Below are positions 44,758 through 54,518 of a DNA stretch of 64,000 bases, in pieces. The first letter of the stretch is position 1. Every line of letters begins with the position of its first letter. The notes under the pieces were generated by a model. The model did no database searches. It worked only from the letters and a program-made list of their open reading frames with translations, and was not told the DNA's origin. This DNA comes from a bacterium (GTDB lineage Bacteria > Patescibacteriota > Minisyncoccia > Phycocordibacterales > DATDWN01), in assembly GCA_037134875.1 (NCBI GenBank), contig JBAXLH010000001.1, positions 5,322-69,321 on the forward strand, in the 5' to 3' direction. A program made the position numbers and the translations under genes.

Positions 44758-44819
44758 ATAGACAGTATAAACGATTTTTGTTATCTTATAAATGTGTTTG
44801 AGTAAAAACACAAACATTC

Positions 44820-44842
44820 CGCGGTAGCTCAGTGGTAGAGTG
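44820..44842 (+). pseudogene. Truncated duplicate of the tRNA-Asn 5' end (23 nt identical: tccgcggtagctcagtggtagag)
   Basis: It is identical to 45013-45035. The downstream sequence lacks a T-arm or 3' half. Confidence 0.55.
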
Positions 44843-45012
44843 AGATTGGGGTGGGACCCAATCGCAAGACCGGAGCGCGACGGCGCGAGGTGGGGTCGCA
44901 GGATTTTTCAACAGAAAAATACCTGTGACGAGCCTGTGTGGTATATAACATTTTTGAACCCCTCTTGATTACTATTTTGAGAATAATAATCAAGACAAGT
45001 TTTGAAATATAT

Positions 45013-45366
45013 TCCGCGGTAGCTCAGTGGTAGAGCGATCGCCTGTAAAGTGCTTGCAGCTTCCTAAAGTAATTTAGGCTGAAAAATGAGGTGAATTCGG
45101 GGAAACCCCACGTGGGCAATCCCGAGCCAAGCCACTTTCAAGTTTTGATTTTTTATATTTAGAAATTAAAACTTGAAAGTGGAAGGTGTAGAGACTATCT
45201 CGAAAGAGAGTAGTTATTATTTTTCAAATAAAATAATCACGAAGCGCCCCACATCCCACTTGTTTATCAAAAATAGATAAAGGATGATGATATAGTCCAT
45301 ACCAAAGGCAACTTTGGAATCAATGTAAGCGATTGGTCGTAGGTTCGATCCCTACCCGCGGAGCCA
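45013..45366 (+). tRNA. tRNA-Asn (GUU) interrupted by a group I intron in the anticodon loop; CCA encoded
   Basis: The 5' exon TCCGCGGTAGCTCAGTGGTAGAGCGATCGCCTGT spans 45013-45046. The 3' exon TAAGCGATTGGTCGTAGGTTCGATCCCTACCCGCGGAG+CCA spans 45326-45366. The splice satisfies the group I rule (5' exon ends in U, intron ends in G). The alternative reading is Tyr(GUA) if the boundaries are shifted by 3 nt. Confidence 0.6.
45047..45325 (+). ncRNA. Group I self-splicing intron (no ORF)
   Basis: About 279 nt. It contains the conserved group I core element GATGATATAGTCC (consensus AAGAUAUAGUCC, P7/S region) near 45283-45298 and ends in G. Confidence 0.65.
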
Positions 45367-45744
45367 AAAAGTTTAAACCCCGAAAGGGGTTTTTACTTTT
45401 CTTGGCTCCGTGGAGCAGAACAGGGTTCTGCGTGTAGGGATCGAACAGTTTGTCGGTTTACAAGTTTAGCAAAACTTGTCGACAAACTGGTGGCCAGGAT
45501 TTTCTGTTTTGACGAAAACAGAAAATCTGAGGCCGATACCCCTACCCGCGGAGCCAAAAAGTTTAAACCCCGAAAGGGGTTTTTACTTTTCTTGGCTCCG
45601 TGGAGCAGAACAGGGTTCTGCGTGTAGGGATCGAACAGTTTGTCGGTTTACAAGTTTAGCAAAACTTGTCGACAAACTGGTGGCCAGGATTTTCTGTTTT
45701 GACGAAAACAGAAAATCTGAGGCCGATACCCCTACCCGCGGAGC
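45367..45744. repeat. Tandem direct repeat, 2 x 190 nt; each unit ends in a copy of the tRNA-Asn 3' end (cctacccgcggagcc) and begins with its inverted copy (ggctccgtggag)
   Basis: The two units are identical (45367-45556 and 45557-45744). Each has a terminator hairpin aaaccccgaaaggggttttt, an inverted degenerate T-arm-like segment (gtagggatcgaac) and two long hairpins. Confidence 0.8.
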
Positions 45745-45832
45745 AAGAGACCCGAAAGGGTCTTTTCTCATACCACACAAACACAACTTGACCAATTATT
45801 GACAACGATAAGTCATTGCTATAATTTTATTA

Positions 45833-46078
45833 TTGGAAAATATGAAAGGAAACATTAGTGATTTGAGTAGTAATGCAATAATCGCAATCATTGTTCTTTT
45901 GGAAATCGAGCACGAACCTACACACGAAGGGTTTACACTTTCTGAGCTACACAGAGAAATCAGTGAAAGTTTTGATGGGTCGGAAGACGACCTACGACAA
46001 AAACTGGATATACTCAAAGAAAAATACCCTGGATGTTTTAAGGAAGGCACTTACTGGGGAACTCCTAAACGCAAGTGA
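45833..46078 (+). CDS. Hypothetical small protein
   Basis: 81-aa ORF followed by the hairpin cgtcagctacggctggcggttttctttt. Confidence 0.3.
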   Translation: MENMKGNISDLSSNAIIAIIVLLEIEHEPTHEGFTLSELHREISESFDGSEDDLRQKLDILKEKYPGCFKEGTYWGTPKRK

Positions 46079-46349
46079 GTGACTCCCGCTTTAACTATCG
46101 TCAGCTACGGCTGGCGGTTTTCTTTTAGCGTTTTAGTTGACACATTTTCTTATTTATAGTATAAAATGCAAAGGAGAAAATTGTGCCCAAAAAAAGGATT
46201 TGCCCGATTTGTAAAAAACCTCAATCTGTTGAGGAAGATAAGTCAGTAAGTCCTGAAATGCTTGCCTATGGGAGCAATGATGCAGGACTGAGAATCAAAG
46301 TACATTTCACAGACGGTAAAAAATGTGAAGGAAGTAATATTATACTGCA

Positions 46350-46592
46350 ATGAAAACCTTGAAAAGTATGGTAATTAGTCGAATAGAAGAAGATGAAGGA
46401 GATCGTGTTCTCCTCTATACGACCAACTATTCTTTTTATGTAATTGCCTCCCCAAAGGAAGCAAGAAATTTGAACATCGGCGATACCATTGATTATGAAC
46501 CCTATGGGGCAAATTTTGGATGGTTTGTCGCAAAAAGGATTCAGAATCGAACACCTCTCGGCACAAACCCCGAAGGCGAGATTAAATTTTAA
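46350..46592 (+). CDS. Hypothetical small protein
   Basis: 80-aa ORF followed by a second copy of the cgtcagctacggctggcggttttcttt terminator (46620-46650). Confidence 0.35.
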   Translation: MKTLKSMVISRIEEDEGDRVLLYTTNYSFYVIASPKEARNLNIGDTIDYEPYGANFGWFVAKRIQNRTPLGTNPEGEIKF

Positions 46593-46704
46593 CAATCCAC
46601 CCAGAGTGGTTATGCAATCGTCAGCTACGGCTGGCGGTTTTCTTTGTGGAAAACTTGCACTATACATAAAAATATGTTTATATTTGGCCGGAAGGAGAAG
46701 GTGA

Positions 46705-47085
46705 GTGAAAAAGAAAAAAATCGAGGACTATCTCAGTCCTGGATTCATGAGAAAGAAGGAGAGGATTGTCCTCACGATAGGGAGAGAAGAAATCACCTAC
46801 CGAATGTTGGGCAAACTCATCGGACAGTTCAGTCCCCAAGCAGCATGGAGACTGAATATGGTTCTGGAGAGTTTCAAATCGAAAAAGCCAAAAAACATCC
46901 GGGACTTGGCCCTGAAAATTGATTTGAATGATCTGCTTGATGTCGGAGGAGTCGGTGAAGCCACCGTCGAACTCTGGCTATCAATATTGAATGCAAAAGG
47001 ACTCGATCCAGTGAAATGGCTCGATTCCAATACAAAAATCTTGACCGAATGCCAAAAGAGGCGTCGGCCCAGAAGACATTTTTAG
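46705..47085 (+). CDS. Hypothetical protein
   Basis: 126-aa ORF. Confidence 0.35.
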   Translation: MKKKKIEDYLSPGFMRKKERIVLTIGREEITYRMLGKLIGQFSPQAAWRLNMVLESFKSKKPKNIRDLALKIDLNDLLDVGGVGEATVELWLSILNAKGLDPVKWLDSNTKILTECQKRRRPRRHF

Positions 47086-47175
47086 TTTTATTTGTCTGCA
47101 CACCCACTAGCCAAGGCTGGTGGGTATATTTTTTTACGATAAAAAATTACATTCAACATATGCTATACTTGTCTT

Positions 47176-48084
47176 GTGAAAGACACACTCAAACGGTTTT
47201 TACAGTCGGTACCAACTTCCACATATATTTTGACTTTTCTGCTACTTCTCATAGTGGCATTTACTATCTATGGAGCTTTTCAGTATCGCGATGTAACGAC
47301 TACACTCAAAAACACAACATCTGACCTCGCTTCCACCACACTCACTCTGGAACAAAAAACAAAAGAACTTTATGATTTTCAAAATGCAAATAGCAACCTG
47401 AGCGCGACCCTCGGAGACGAGCAAACAAAAAACGATTTGCTCAACGAACAGATGCAGTCAATGTCATACACGCTCGGAATTTTGGACAAGCTGAGCAAGA
47501 CAGACAGAGAGCTCCTGCAAAAATATTCCAAAGTTTATTTTCTGAGTGAAAACTATGTTCCCTCTTCTCTGAGTAACATCGACCAAACCTTTCTGTTTAG
47601 AAAAAACAAGCCGGAACAAATACACACAAATGTAAAACCCTATCTTGAAAATCTTCTCCGAACAGCAAATGCCGAGGGAGTATATTTTTCTGTCTTATCG
47701 GCTTATCGATCATTTGGCACACAAGCCAATCTCAAAGCGACATACAAAGTGATATATGGTTCGGGAACCGCAAATAAATTTTCGGCAGATCAAGGATATT
47801 CGGAACATCAGCTCGGCAGTGCCCTAGATTTTACTGCTACCTCAACCGGCGAGGCTCTGACTGGTTTTGAAAAAACAAAAGGCTATGAATGGCTTATGCA
47901 AAATGCGTACAAATTTGGTTTTATTTTGTCATATCCAAAAGGAAACAAATATTACATCTACGAGCCGTGGCACTGGCGATTTGTCGGAGTAGAGCTCGCC
48001 ACAAAACTACACAACGAAAATAAATATTTTTACGATCTGGATCAGAGAGAAATAAATACCTACCTCGTCAAAATTTTTGACTGA
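47176..48084 (+). CDS. D-alanyl-D-alanine carboxypeptidase (peptidase M15B/VanY-like)
   Basis: There is an N-terminal TM. The motifs are SAYRSF…, SEHQLGSALDF and …EPWHWRFVG, the VanY-type zinc-binding motifs. Confidence 0.75.
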   Translation: MKDTLKRFLQSVPTSTYILTFLLLLIVAFTIYGAFQYRDVTTTLKNTTSDLASTTLTLEQKTKELYDFQNANSNLSATLGDEQTKNDLLNEQMQSMSYTLGILDKLSKTDRELLQKYSKVYFLSENYVPSSLSNIDQTFLFRKNKPEQIHTNVKPYLENLLRTANAEGVYFSVLSAYRSFGTQANLKATYKVIYGSGTANKFSADQGYSEHQLGSALDFTATSTGEALTGFEKTKGYEWLMQNAYKFGFILSYPKGNKYYIYEPWHWRFVGVELATKLHNENKYFYDLDQREINTYLVKIFD

Positions 48085-48157
48085 AAACTTGTACTCGTTT
48101 TGTGACTTATCTTTACATAATCTTATTTTTGTATTAGTATTCCATCTGGAAAATACA

Positions 48158-48745
48158 ATGCCCATTATCAAGGTGTGGTGTTTACCGAAGCTTCCGGAAG
48201 AAAAGCTTCGGGAAATTTTTCAAGCGATGATTTCTGCTGTTGAGTCCATCGAGGCCCTCGGACTCAAGGCTGGAAACTCTGTCACTGTACTATTTCCTAC
48301 CGATATGATGTCCTACGGGATTGGTGAGGAAATTATTATTGAAGTATCCGGATTGTTTAAAAAAGCAGAACGAACATTTAGTGTCAGAAACCAACTTGCA
48401 TACAATCTCGGCACAGCAATACAAGAATTTTTTCCCGATGCACTCATTGAATGTTTTATTCAGAGCTTCAATATGGATCAAGGATTCTGGTCGTCGAGAC
48501 AAGAACCTTTGCCAAAAGACTTTGAAGGAATCTGCGCGCGCAGTATCGAGGAACTCAGTCTCGGTACACGTGGATACAATGCTCTGAAAAATGCAGAAAT
48601 AAATAGATTGAGAACAATTTTCTTTAGGACCGAAGAAATGTTAAGTAATATCAGACATTTCGGTCCAGTAGAAATGAGCGAGCTCAAAAGTGCTCTGTAC
48701 TCGATTCATCCGGCACTCCGTGTCGGAATGCTGTTAAAGAAGTAA
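48158..48745 (+). CDS. Hypothetical protein with a C-terminal RNA polymerase alpha-CTD-like HhH domain
   Basis: The C-terminal …SIEELSLGTRGYNALKNAEINRLRTIFFRTEEMLSNIRHFGPVEMSELKSAL… resembles RpoA alpha-CTD. The start is taken at MPIIKVW. Confidence 0.45.
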   Translation: MPIIKVWCLPKLPEEKLREIFQAMISAVESIEALGLKAGNSVTVLFPTDMMSYGIGEEIIIEVSGLFKKAERTFSVRNQLAYNLGTAIQEFFPDALIECFIQSFNMDQGFWSSRQEPLPKDFEGICARSIEELSLGTRGYNALKNAEINRLRTIFFRTEEMLSNIRHFGPVEMSELKSALYSIHPALRVGMLLKK

Positions 48746-48858
48746 TACAATACCGCCTCTTTGGAACAATCCGGAGCAGGCGGTTTTCTTTTTGTAAAAA
48801 TTAAAGAAAATCTTGCAACTTCTCCAAAAATACGTAGTATTTTGACTGGAGAAAAAAC

Positions 48859-49479
48859 TTGCGATTCATCGAGTTCGAGCAATGGGGCTGGAACGCCGTT
48901 TCCATGAGCTTCATTGGGACGATTATATTCGGACTTATTTTTGGCTGGGGTTTGTACCAACAAATCCTCACCATCAAAAAATCCAATTCCGGGAAATCAA
49001 TCCCGATGGTAATGAGTGTCTATTTCGCATTTCATTTTTTTGCCTTTTCTGTGTACGGCTTTCGCATACACAGTCTAGCAATGATGCTCAATGGCACATT
49101 CGGATTTCTCTGGCTCGGCATTTATGTCTGTGCCAGCAGAAAAGTAGATAGTGACGGGAGGACCAATCTCGAATATCTGTTTGCTTTGATGCCTTTCATT
49201 ATGGCACTCGTCCCGAATCCATCTGTTTTTCTGAGTATTATGCTCGTCACAGCCAGTTTCTTTTTGCTCGACTCGCCAGTCGAAATCTTGCGCAAAAAAA
49301 GCGCCGGCTCGGTGGAGCCGAAACTGCTCTTTTGTTTTATGACAAGTGCTGTGTTCTGGCTGATCTACTCAGCATGCATTTCCGAGTGGCCACTGTTTAC
49401 AGCAAATGTCTTTGGTATTGTGATTATGATTATTACCTTGGTACTGTGGACAAAATACAAGTCCCCGTATCAAACCTAA
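48859..49479 (+). CDS. Integral membrane protein, hypothetical
   Basis: 206-aa multi-TM ORF followed by the hairpin terminator ccacgtgggtttttctttt. Confidence 0.4.
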   Translation: MRFIEFEQWGWNAVSMSFIGTIIFGLIFGWGLYQQILTIKKSNSGKSIPMVMSVYFAFHFFAFSVYGFRIHSLAMMLNGTFGFLWLGIYVCASRKVDSDGRTNLEYLFALMPFIMALVPNPSVFLSIMLVTASFFLLDSPVEILRKKSAGSVEPKLLFCFMTSAVFWLIYSACISEWPLFTANVFGIVIMIITLVLWTKYKSPYQT

Positions 49480-49568
49480 CCACGCCCCGTGGCACGTCCA
49501 CGTGGGTTTTTCTTTTATAGTATTTACAAAACATTATTTCTATGCTATTTTAGTCGCGGAGAAAAACC

Positions 49569-49970
49569 TTGAATCTCACTCAATTCGCAAAAGAGCCTAT
49601 TGTTTTTATAGTCGTAATTTTATTTTTTGTAGTAGTTTTCTTCGCACTCATCTTTATTCCCTTTCTGTGGAAAAAAGATACATCAAAGGCACGAGAAAAG
49701 GCCTTTCATATGGCGCAGAAAAAATGGTACATCAAAGACTATTTTCTGCACAAATCAGGAAGTGCTATACTTCTCATTTATAGTGAGGGTCAAAAAAGAG
49801 AGAAAATCAAACTCGTTTTTAGACCGCATCATCCGAGTATCAAAGCAATCAGAAACCTCTGGTATTTGGATATTGTGGAATTTGAATTTCAAGACAAGCC
49901 ACTTGAATGTGCACTTGAGTCAGAACTCTGCGCATACCTCAAGGTTAAGTCTAGTTATCATTTTTCTTAG
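49569..49970 (+). CDS. Hypothetical membrane-anchored protein
   Basis: 133-aa ORF with an N-terminal TM. Confidence 0.3.
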   Translation: MNLTQFAKEPIVFIVVILFFVVVFFALIFIPFLWKKDTSKAREKAFHMAQKKWYIKDYFLHKSGSAILLIYSEGQKREKIKLVFRPHHPSIKAIRNLWYLDIVEFEFQDKPLECALESELCAYLKVKSSYHFS

Positions 49971-50006
49971 TTCTTTCTTTGGTCGGTCTCCGGATCGGCT
50001 TTTTCT

Positions 50007-51062
50007 TTAGTTGCCGTACATTTGTTCCGTATATTGAAATATTTTTCCTGATATTGTTGATATAACATTTTCCAAACTAGAAAAATCTTTACCTTTTGTC
50101 ATAACGCAGATGAGATATGGATGATTTGGGTAGTACACAAGACCACAGTTGTGAAGTTCGCGTTTAATAACACTTCCATCAGTTGTCTTTGCGGTAAACT
50201 CTCCAAACTTTTGAGCTATGGTGATATTGTTTGGTATTCCACCAGAAAGACCTTTTGTAAAATCAGTTTGAGAAAGTAGTGCAAGAGCTTTTTCGGACAT
50301 CCGTGGGTCAAGATATGTTGCATTATAGAGAATTCTAAAGAAAAGAGAGTATGCATTGATTGTAATAAAATCCTTACCAATATCTATTTCATTGATACCT
50401 AAACTTTTGAAAAATTGACCTTGATAATCATAACTGCTCAAATTATTTAAATGCTGAACAAGGAGTGTGGCTGCATTATTGTCCGAATATTTTATCATAT
50501 GTTCAATAAGTTCCCCTATTGAATATTTCTGTCCTTTTTGTAGTTGAATCGGCGATAAAATATTTTCCTGCGCATTGAGATCAGTATTCTCATTATATAC
50601 AATTTCCTGATTCAATATAGCAGGATTCTCCTCAGCAAGTTTATAATACACAGTCATTATTGGAACCTTGAGAAGACTCGCTGGACTATATTTTTCGGAT
50701 GAATTGATACTGAAACCGGCTGCGGTTTTTTCGTCACGAAAATATACTGATGCTGTTTCTAAATTATTTTTTTGTACTTCATCATGTACAAAAGAGTTGA
50801 TGGATTGTTGCAAAGCAACATATTGTTTTGATGAAAAATTGTCCGGAATAGTGAGTCCAAGAAGAGGATCGACAAACTTGTAATTTGTCTTATTCAAGCT
50901 ACTCTCTCTCAGAGGATAAATTTTTTGTGTAGCACTTGGGGTGAAATACTGAATCAGAGGAAAAACAGCGAGACCTATCAAAAAACAGAGTATGCATGGA
51001 ATCCAAGATGATGCTCGTGGTTTTTTCTCCAAAACATTTTCGGTTATGTGGTGATGAGACAT
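50007..51062 (-). CDS. Class A beta-lactamase-like serine hydrolase (membrane-anchored)
   Basis: The motif PASLLK is SxxK and YSDNNAA is SDN. A KFG (KTG-like) motif is present. There is an N-terminal TM. Confidence 0.6.
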   Translation of the reverse strand: MSHHHITENVLEKKPRASSWIPCILCFLIGLAVFPLIQYFTPSATQKIYPLRESSLNKTNYKFVDPLLGLTIPDNFSSKQYVALQQSINSFVHDEVQKNNLETASVYFRDEKTAAGFSINSSEKYSPASLLKVPIMTVYYKLAEENPAILNQEIVYNENTDLNAQENILSPIQLQKGQKYSIGELIEHMIKYSDNNAATLLVQHLNNLSSYDYQGQFFKSLGINEIDIGKDFITINAYSLFFRILYNATYLDPRMSEKALALLSQTDFTKGLSGGIPNNITIAQKFGEFTAKTTDGSVIKRELHNCGLVYYPNHPYLICVMTKGKDFSSLENVISTISGKIFQYTEQMYGN

Positions 51063-51488
51063 TAAAGTCTATATAAGTGTCCTTCTAAAAACTTCATTTA
51101 ATTGTATCAAATGTGCCAGATAACAAAAGGCCACCTCTACCCGAGATGGCCCGTAACATACAGTGCGGCGAGAGCGCCTACTACCGCACCGATGATGAAT
51201 TTCCAATGCTCGTCCCAAATCCAACTGAAAAACCGGCCGATCTGGCGACGAACACTATTGAAAATCGAGCTAACGGTACGACGGTACCACGCATGGCACC
51301 GTGCTCCGCCAACTCTCATAAGAAAATCGAGAACGACAATCGTGATCCCGATTATCAATATGAAATAGAAAAGAATTTGAAACAAATTCGGTTCACCCAT
51401 TTATTATCTCCGCCTTATATTATACAGCATTTTGTGCCATATTGTCAAGTGTCACTGTTTTGTCCCCTCCGTGATACACTACATACAT

Positions 51489-52535
51489 ATGAGAATAGAA
51501 GAAGAGGTAAAACTTGATTATAAGGATGTTTTGATATGCCCAAAAAGGTCAACTCTGACGAGTCGAAAAGATGTCAACTTGTTGAGAACATTTAAATTCA
51601 AACACAGCAAAAGTGAGATCGAGGTACTCCCTATTATTTCGGCAAATATGGATGGAACAGGCACGATGCGCATGGCAAAAGCTTTTTTCCCGTACAAAAT
51701 GATGACAGCTCTACACAAACACTACACTGTCGCCGAATTGAAAAAGTTTTTTGATACAATTGGCGAAGAAAATTCAAAATATGTTTTTTATACGATTGGA
51801 CTCAGCGAAACTGATTTGGAAAAATTGGAAGAAGTTATAAAAAAATTGAAAAAAGATACAATCAAAAATATCTGTATTGATGTGGCAAACGGCTACACAG
51901 AACGATTTGTTGATTTTGTACGAAAAGTCAGAAACAAGTTTCCTGATAAAGTTATTATGGCTGGAAATGTTGTTACTCCTGAGATGACAGAACAGCTTAT
52001 TCTCTCTGGTGCCGATATTATCAAAGTCGGCATTGGACCTGGATCAGCGTGCCTCACACGGAGAGTGGCCGGCGTAGGATATCCCCAACTCTCGGCAGTC
52101 ATAGAATGTGCTGACGCAGCTCACGGCATCGGAGGCAGACTCTGTGCCGATGGGGGATGTGAAGTACCCGGAGACATTGCCAAGGCAATCGGCGGTGGTG
52201 CAGATTTTGTTATGCTCGGAGGAATGTTCGCGGGACACACGGAATCAGAAGCAAAAGTGTATACGAAAAATGGTCAGAAATTTATAAAATTTTACGGTTC
52301 ATCGTCAGAAGAAGCAATGAATAAACACAATGGCGGAATTTCGAGCTACCGAGCGAGTGAGGGTCGTGTTGTAGAAGTTCTCTACCGTGGTCCAGTCGAA
52401 AAAGAAATTCAGGACATTTTGGGAGGTCTCCGAAGTGCTTGCACATATGTTGGCGCAAGCGAGCTCCGAGAACTTTCCAAACGTACAACATTTATACGAG
52501 TCAATCGACAAATCAGTACGTATTGGGAAAAATAA
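51489..52535 (+). CDS. guaC: GMP reductase (IMPDH/GuaC family)
   Basis: The sequence [23 protein letters not shown]…[11 protein letters not shown]…[23 protein letters not shown] matches GMP reductase. Confidence 0.85.
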   Translation: MRIEEEVKLDYKDVLICPKRSTLTSRKDVNLLRTFKFKHSKSEIEVLPIISANMDGTGTMRMAKAFFPYKMMTALHKHYTVAELKKFFDTIGEENSKYVFYTIGLSETDLEKLEEVIKKLKKDTIKNICIDVANGYTERFVDFVRKVRNKFPDKVIMAGNVVTPEMTEQLILSGADIIKVGIGPGSACLTRRVAGVGYPQLSAVIECADAAHGIGGRLCADGGCEVPGDIAKAIGGGADFVMLGGMFAGHTESEAKVYTKNGQKFIKFYGSSSEEAMNKHNGGISSYRASEGRVVEVLYRGPVEKEIQDILGGLRSACTYVGASELRELSKRTTFIRVNRQISTYWEK

Positions 52536-52922
52536 TTATTTTTTCTCTAAATCTAAACAAACAGAATTGATACAATATCGCTTACCTGTTGTTTCCTGTG
52601 GACCATCGTCGAACATATGACCGAGATGTGCACCACATTTTGAACACACAACTTCTGTTCTCTTTACATCGAGAGAATTGTCTGGGATATATTGAACAGA
52701 ACCCGGAATGGCATCATCAAAACTCGGCCAACCTGTCCCTGAATCAAATTTTGTGTCTGAGGAAAAGAGAGGGTTTCCACACGCCGAACATTTGTACACA
52801 CCTTCTGTTTTATCATCAATATATTTTCCACTAAAAGGCATCTCTGTTCCCTTTTGTCTCATAACACGATATTGTTCTGATGTTAAAACATCCTTCCAAT
52901 TTGTATTGTTGTCTGTGTTCAT
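52536..52922 (-). CDS. msrB: Peptide-methionine (R)-S-oxide reductase
   Basis: The two CxxC zinc motifs are CSACG…CSKCG, with the RCxN-type active site GWPSF. Confidence 0.9.
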   Translation of the reverse strand: MNTDNNTNWKDVLTSEQYRVMRQKGTEMPFSGKYIDDKTEGVYKCSACGNPLFSSDTKFDSGTGWPSFDDAIPGSVQYIPDNSLDVKRTEVVCSKCGAHLGHMFDDGPQETTGKRYCINSVCLDLEKK

Positions 52923-52926
52923 ATGT

Positions 52927-53478
52927 TTATTTTGATTTATTTTTTAAAAGTGTTGCAAACTCTTTTTGAACCTTTTCAAGCTTTGGATTTATGATGAGCT
53001 CACAATAGGCCGAATGTTTGTTCGTCTCATAAAAATTTTTGTGATAATTTTCTGCTGGATAAAATGTATCAAACGGTACGACCTCTGTCACAATTGGGTT
53101 ACCGAATTTATTTGAATCATTTAATTTTTTAATAAAAAGAGTTGCTTCATTTTTTTGCTCGTCACTCGTATAAAAAATCGCTGATCTATATTGTGTTCCA
53201 ATATCGCCCCCTTGTTTATTTAATGTTGTTGGATCATGTGAGCCAAAAAAGACAGTGAGTAAATCGCTAAATGAAATAATATTTGGGTCAAACTCAACAC
53301 GTACAGACTCTGCATGGCCAGTGCCACCAAGAGAAACTTCATCATATGTTGGCTCATCTGTTTTTCCTCCTGTATAGCCCGGCTCTACAGATATCACCCC
53401 TTGCAACATCTTGAAAACAGCTTCTGTACACCAAAAACATCCACCAGCAAACACAGCAAACTCCATTGTGTTATTCAT
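52927..53478 (-). CDS. msrA: Peptide-methionine (S)-S-oxide reductase
   Basis: The active-site motif is GGCFWC. Confidence 0.9.
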   Translation of the reverse strand: MNNTMEFAVFAGGCFWCTEAVFKMLQGVISVEPGYTGGKTDEPTYDEVSLGGTGHAESVRVEFDPNIISFSDLLTVFFGSHDPTTLNKQGGDIGTQYRSAIFYTSDEQKNEATLFIKKLNDSNKFGNPIVTEVVPFDTFYPAENYHKNFYETNKHSAYCELIINPKLEKVQKEFATLLKNKSK

Positions 53479-53505
53479 AAAAAAGAGAGTAAATTAAAAT
53501 TTATT

Positions 53506-54513
53506 TTATTGAATTTGCGTACTGGTAGATACGGCCATGGATGGAATATTATTTATACCAACTTTTGGGGCCTGATCCAAGATAATATGTGCCTCTTTTA
53601 TATCGCAAGCTGCATCATTAAGAATTGAATATGCGTCTTCCATCTGACCTGAATTATTTTTATCTATTGCCTGACCAATCTCGGCTTCTGCTTCACCAAG
53701 AAGACTTGAAATCACTTCGACATACCCCTGATCATAGCTCGGATTTTGCGACAAAATATTTCTTGTAGTATTTATATCTTCAACCAATGTTTTTTGGATA
53801 TCATCAATAGACACTTTATTTGTTTTTAAAACGCTTTCTTCGTCAGTTTTTCGTGTCTGGGATACTTCGTCTGCCATTCCAGATATATCTCGATAAAACG
53901 TACCCAATACACCACCTTGAGGTGTAGATGAACCAATATTGTGCATATTTTCTAGAATTTTTGAGTGAGCTTCAATAGCCGCCTCATAATCCAATCGAGC
54001 AGCGATTACAGCATCCGGTATACCAGCTTGTTCGGCATTTTTTATATGAAGAGAAAAATCTTCCATACTGTCGTTAATATTTTCTTTCAGATTAGTAGCA
54101 TCATCAACAACAAATTTTCCTTGCGATGCAAGTTCCTCTGCTTCTTGTAATCGACGCTTTGTTTTTTCCACTTCCCATCGAGCACGATCCATCTCATTAA
54201 ATATAAAACTGTCTCGTAAGGGTTCACTGACATTTATTTTTACAGAATAGAGCACATCTCCCGGAAGAGAATTCTCTGCCATAACCATACTACCGCCTGA
54301 TACAAAAGCTACACCACATAACGCAATTGTTGCATACAACACCCATGGTGACTTTGGATGAAAAAGGCGACCAAAAAAGGATCGGTGCATATATGGACTT
54401 GGAACATTTCCGATATTTTCTGAGATTCGCTCAAAAAGAAGGCTCTTTTCTGTTGGAGTCATTCGTACAGTGTGTATTTCGGATATTCTTTTTTTGATTT
54501 CTTTATCTTTCAT
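53506..54513 (-). CDS. Membrane-anchored protein, putative anti-sigma factor partner of the adjacent ECF sigma (DUF5667-like)
   Basis: 335 aa with a single TM after a ~60-aa cytoplasmic N-terminus. It lies directly downstream of the ECF sigma gene. Confidence 0.4.
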   Translation of the reverse strand: MKDKEIKKRISEIHTVRMTPTEKSLLFERISENIGNVPSPYMHRSFFGRLFHPKSPWVLYATIALCGVAFVSGGSMVMAENSLPGDVLYSVKINVSEPLRDSFIFNEMDRARWEVEKTKRRLQEAEELASQGKFVVDDATNLKENINDSMEDFSLHIKNAEQAGIPDAVIAARLDYEAAIEAHSKILENMHNIGSSTPQGGVLGTFYRDISGMADEVSQTRKTDEESVLKTNKVSIDDIQKTLVEDINTTRNILSQNPSYDQGYVEVISSLLGEAEAEIGQAIDKNNSGQMEDAYSILNDAACDIKEAHIILDQAPKVGINNIPSMAVSTSTQIQ

Positions 54514-54518
54514 ATAAA

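Noticed and set aside
44843-45012. Possible second intact tRNA starting at 44820
   Set aside because: Only the 5' 23 nt match a tRNA. No anticodon-arm partner, T-arm (GGTTCGA) or acceptor 3' strand follows, so it is annotated as a truncated duplicate.
45476-45802. ORFs 45476..45802 (+) and 45583..45795 (-) overlapping the 190-nt tandem repeat
   Set aside because: They are translations of an exactly duplicated non-coding unit carrying tRNA-end copies and hairpins. Neither has a start context or protein-like composition.
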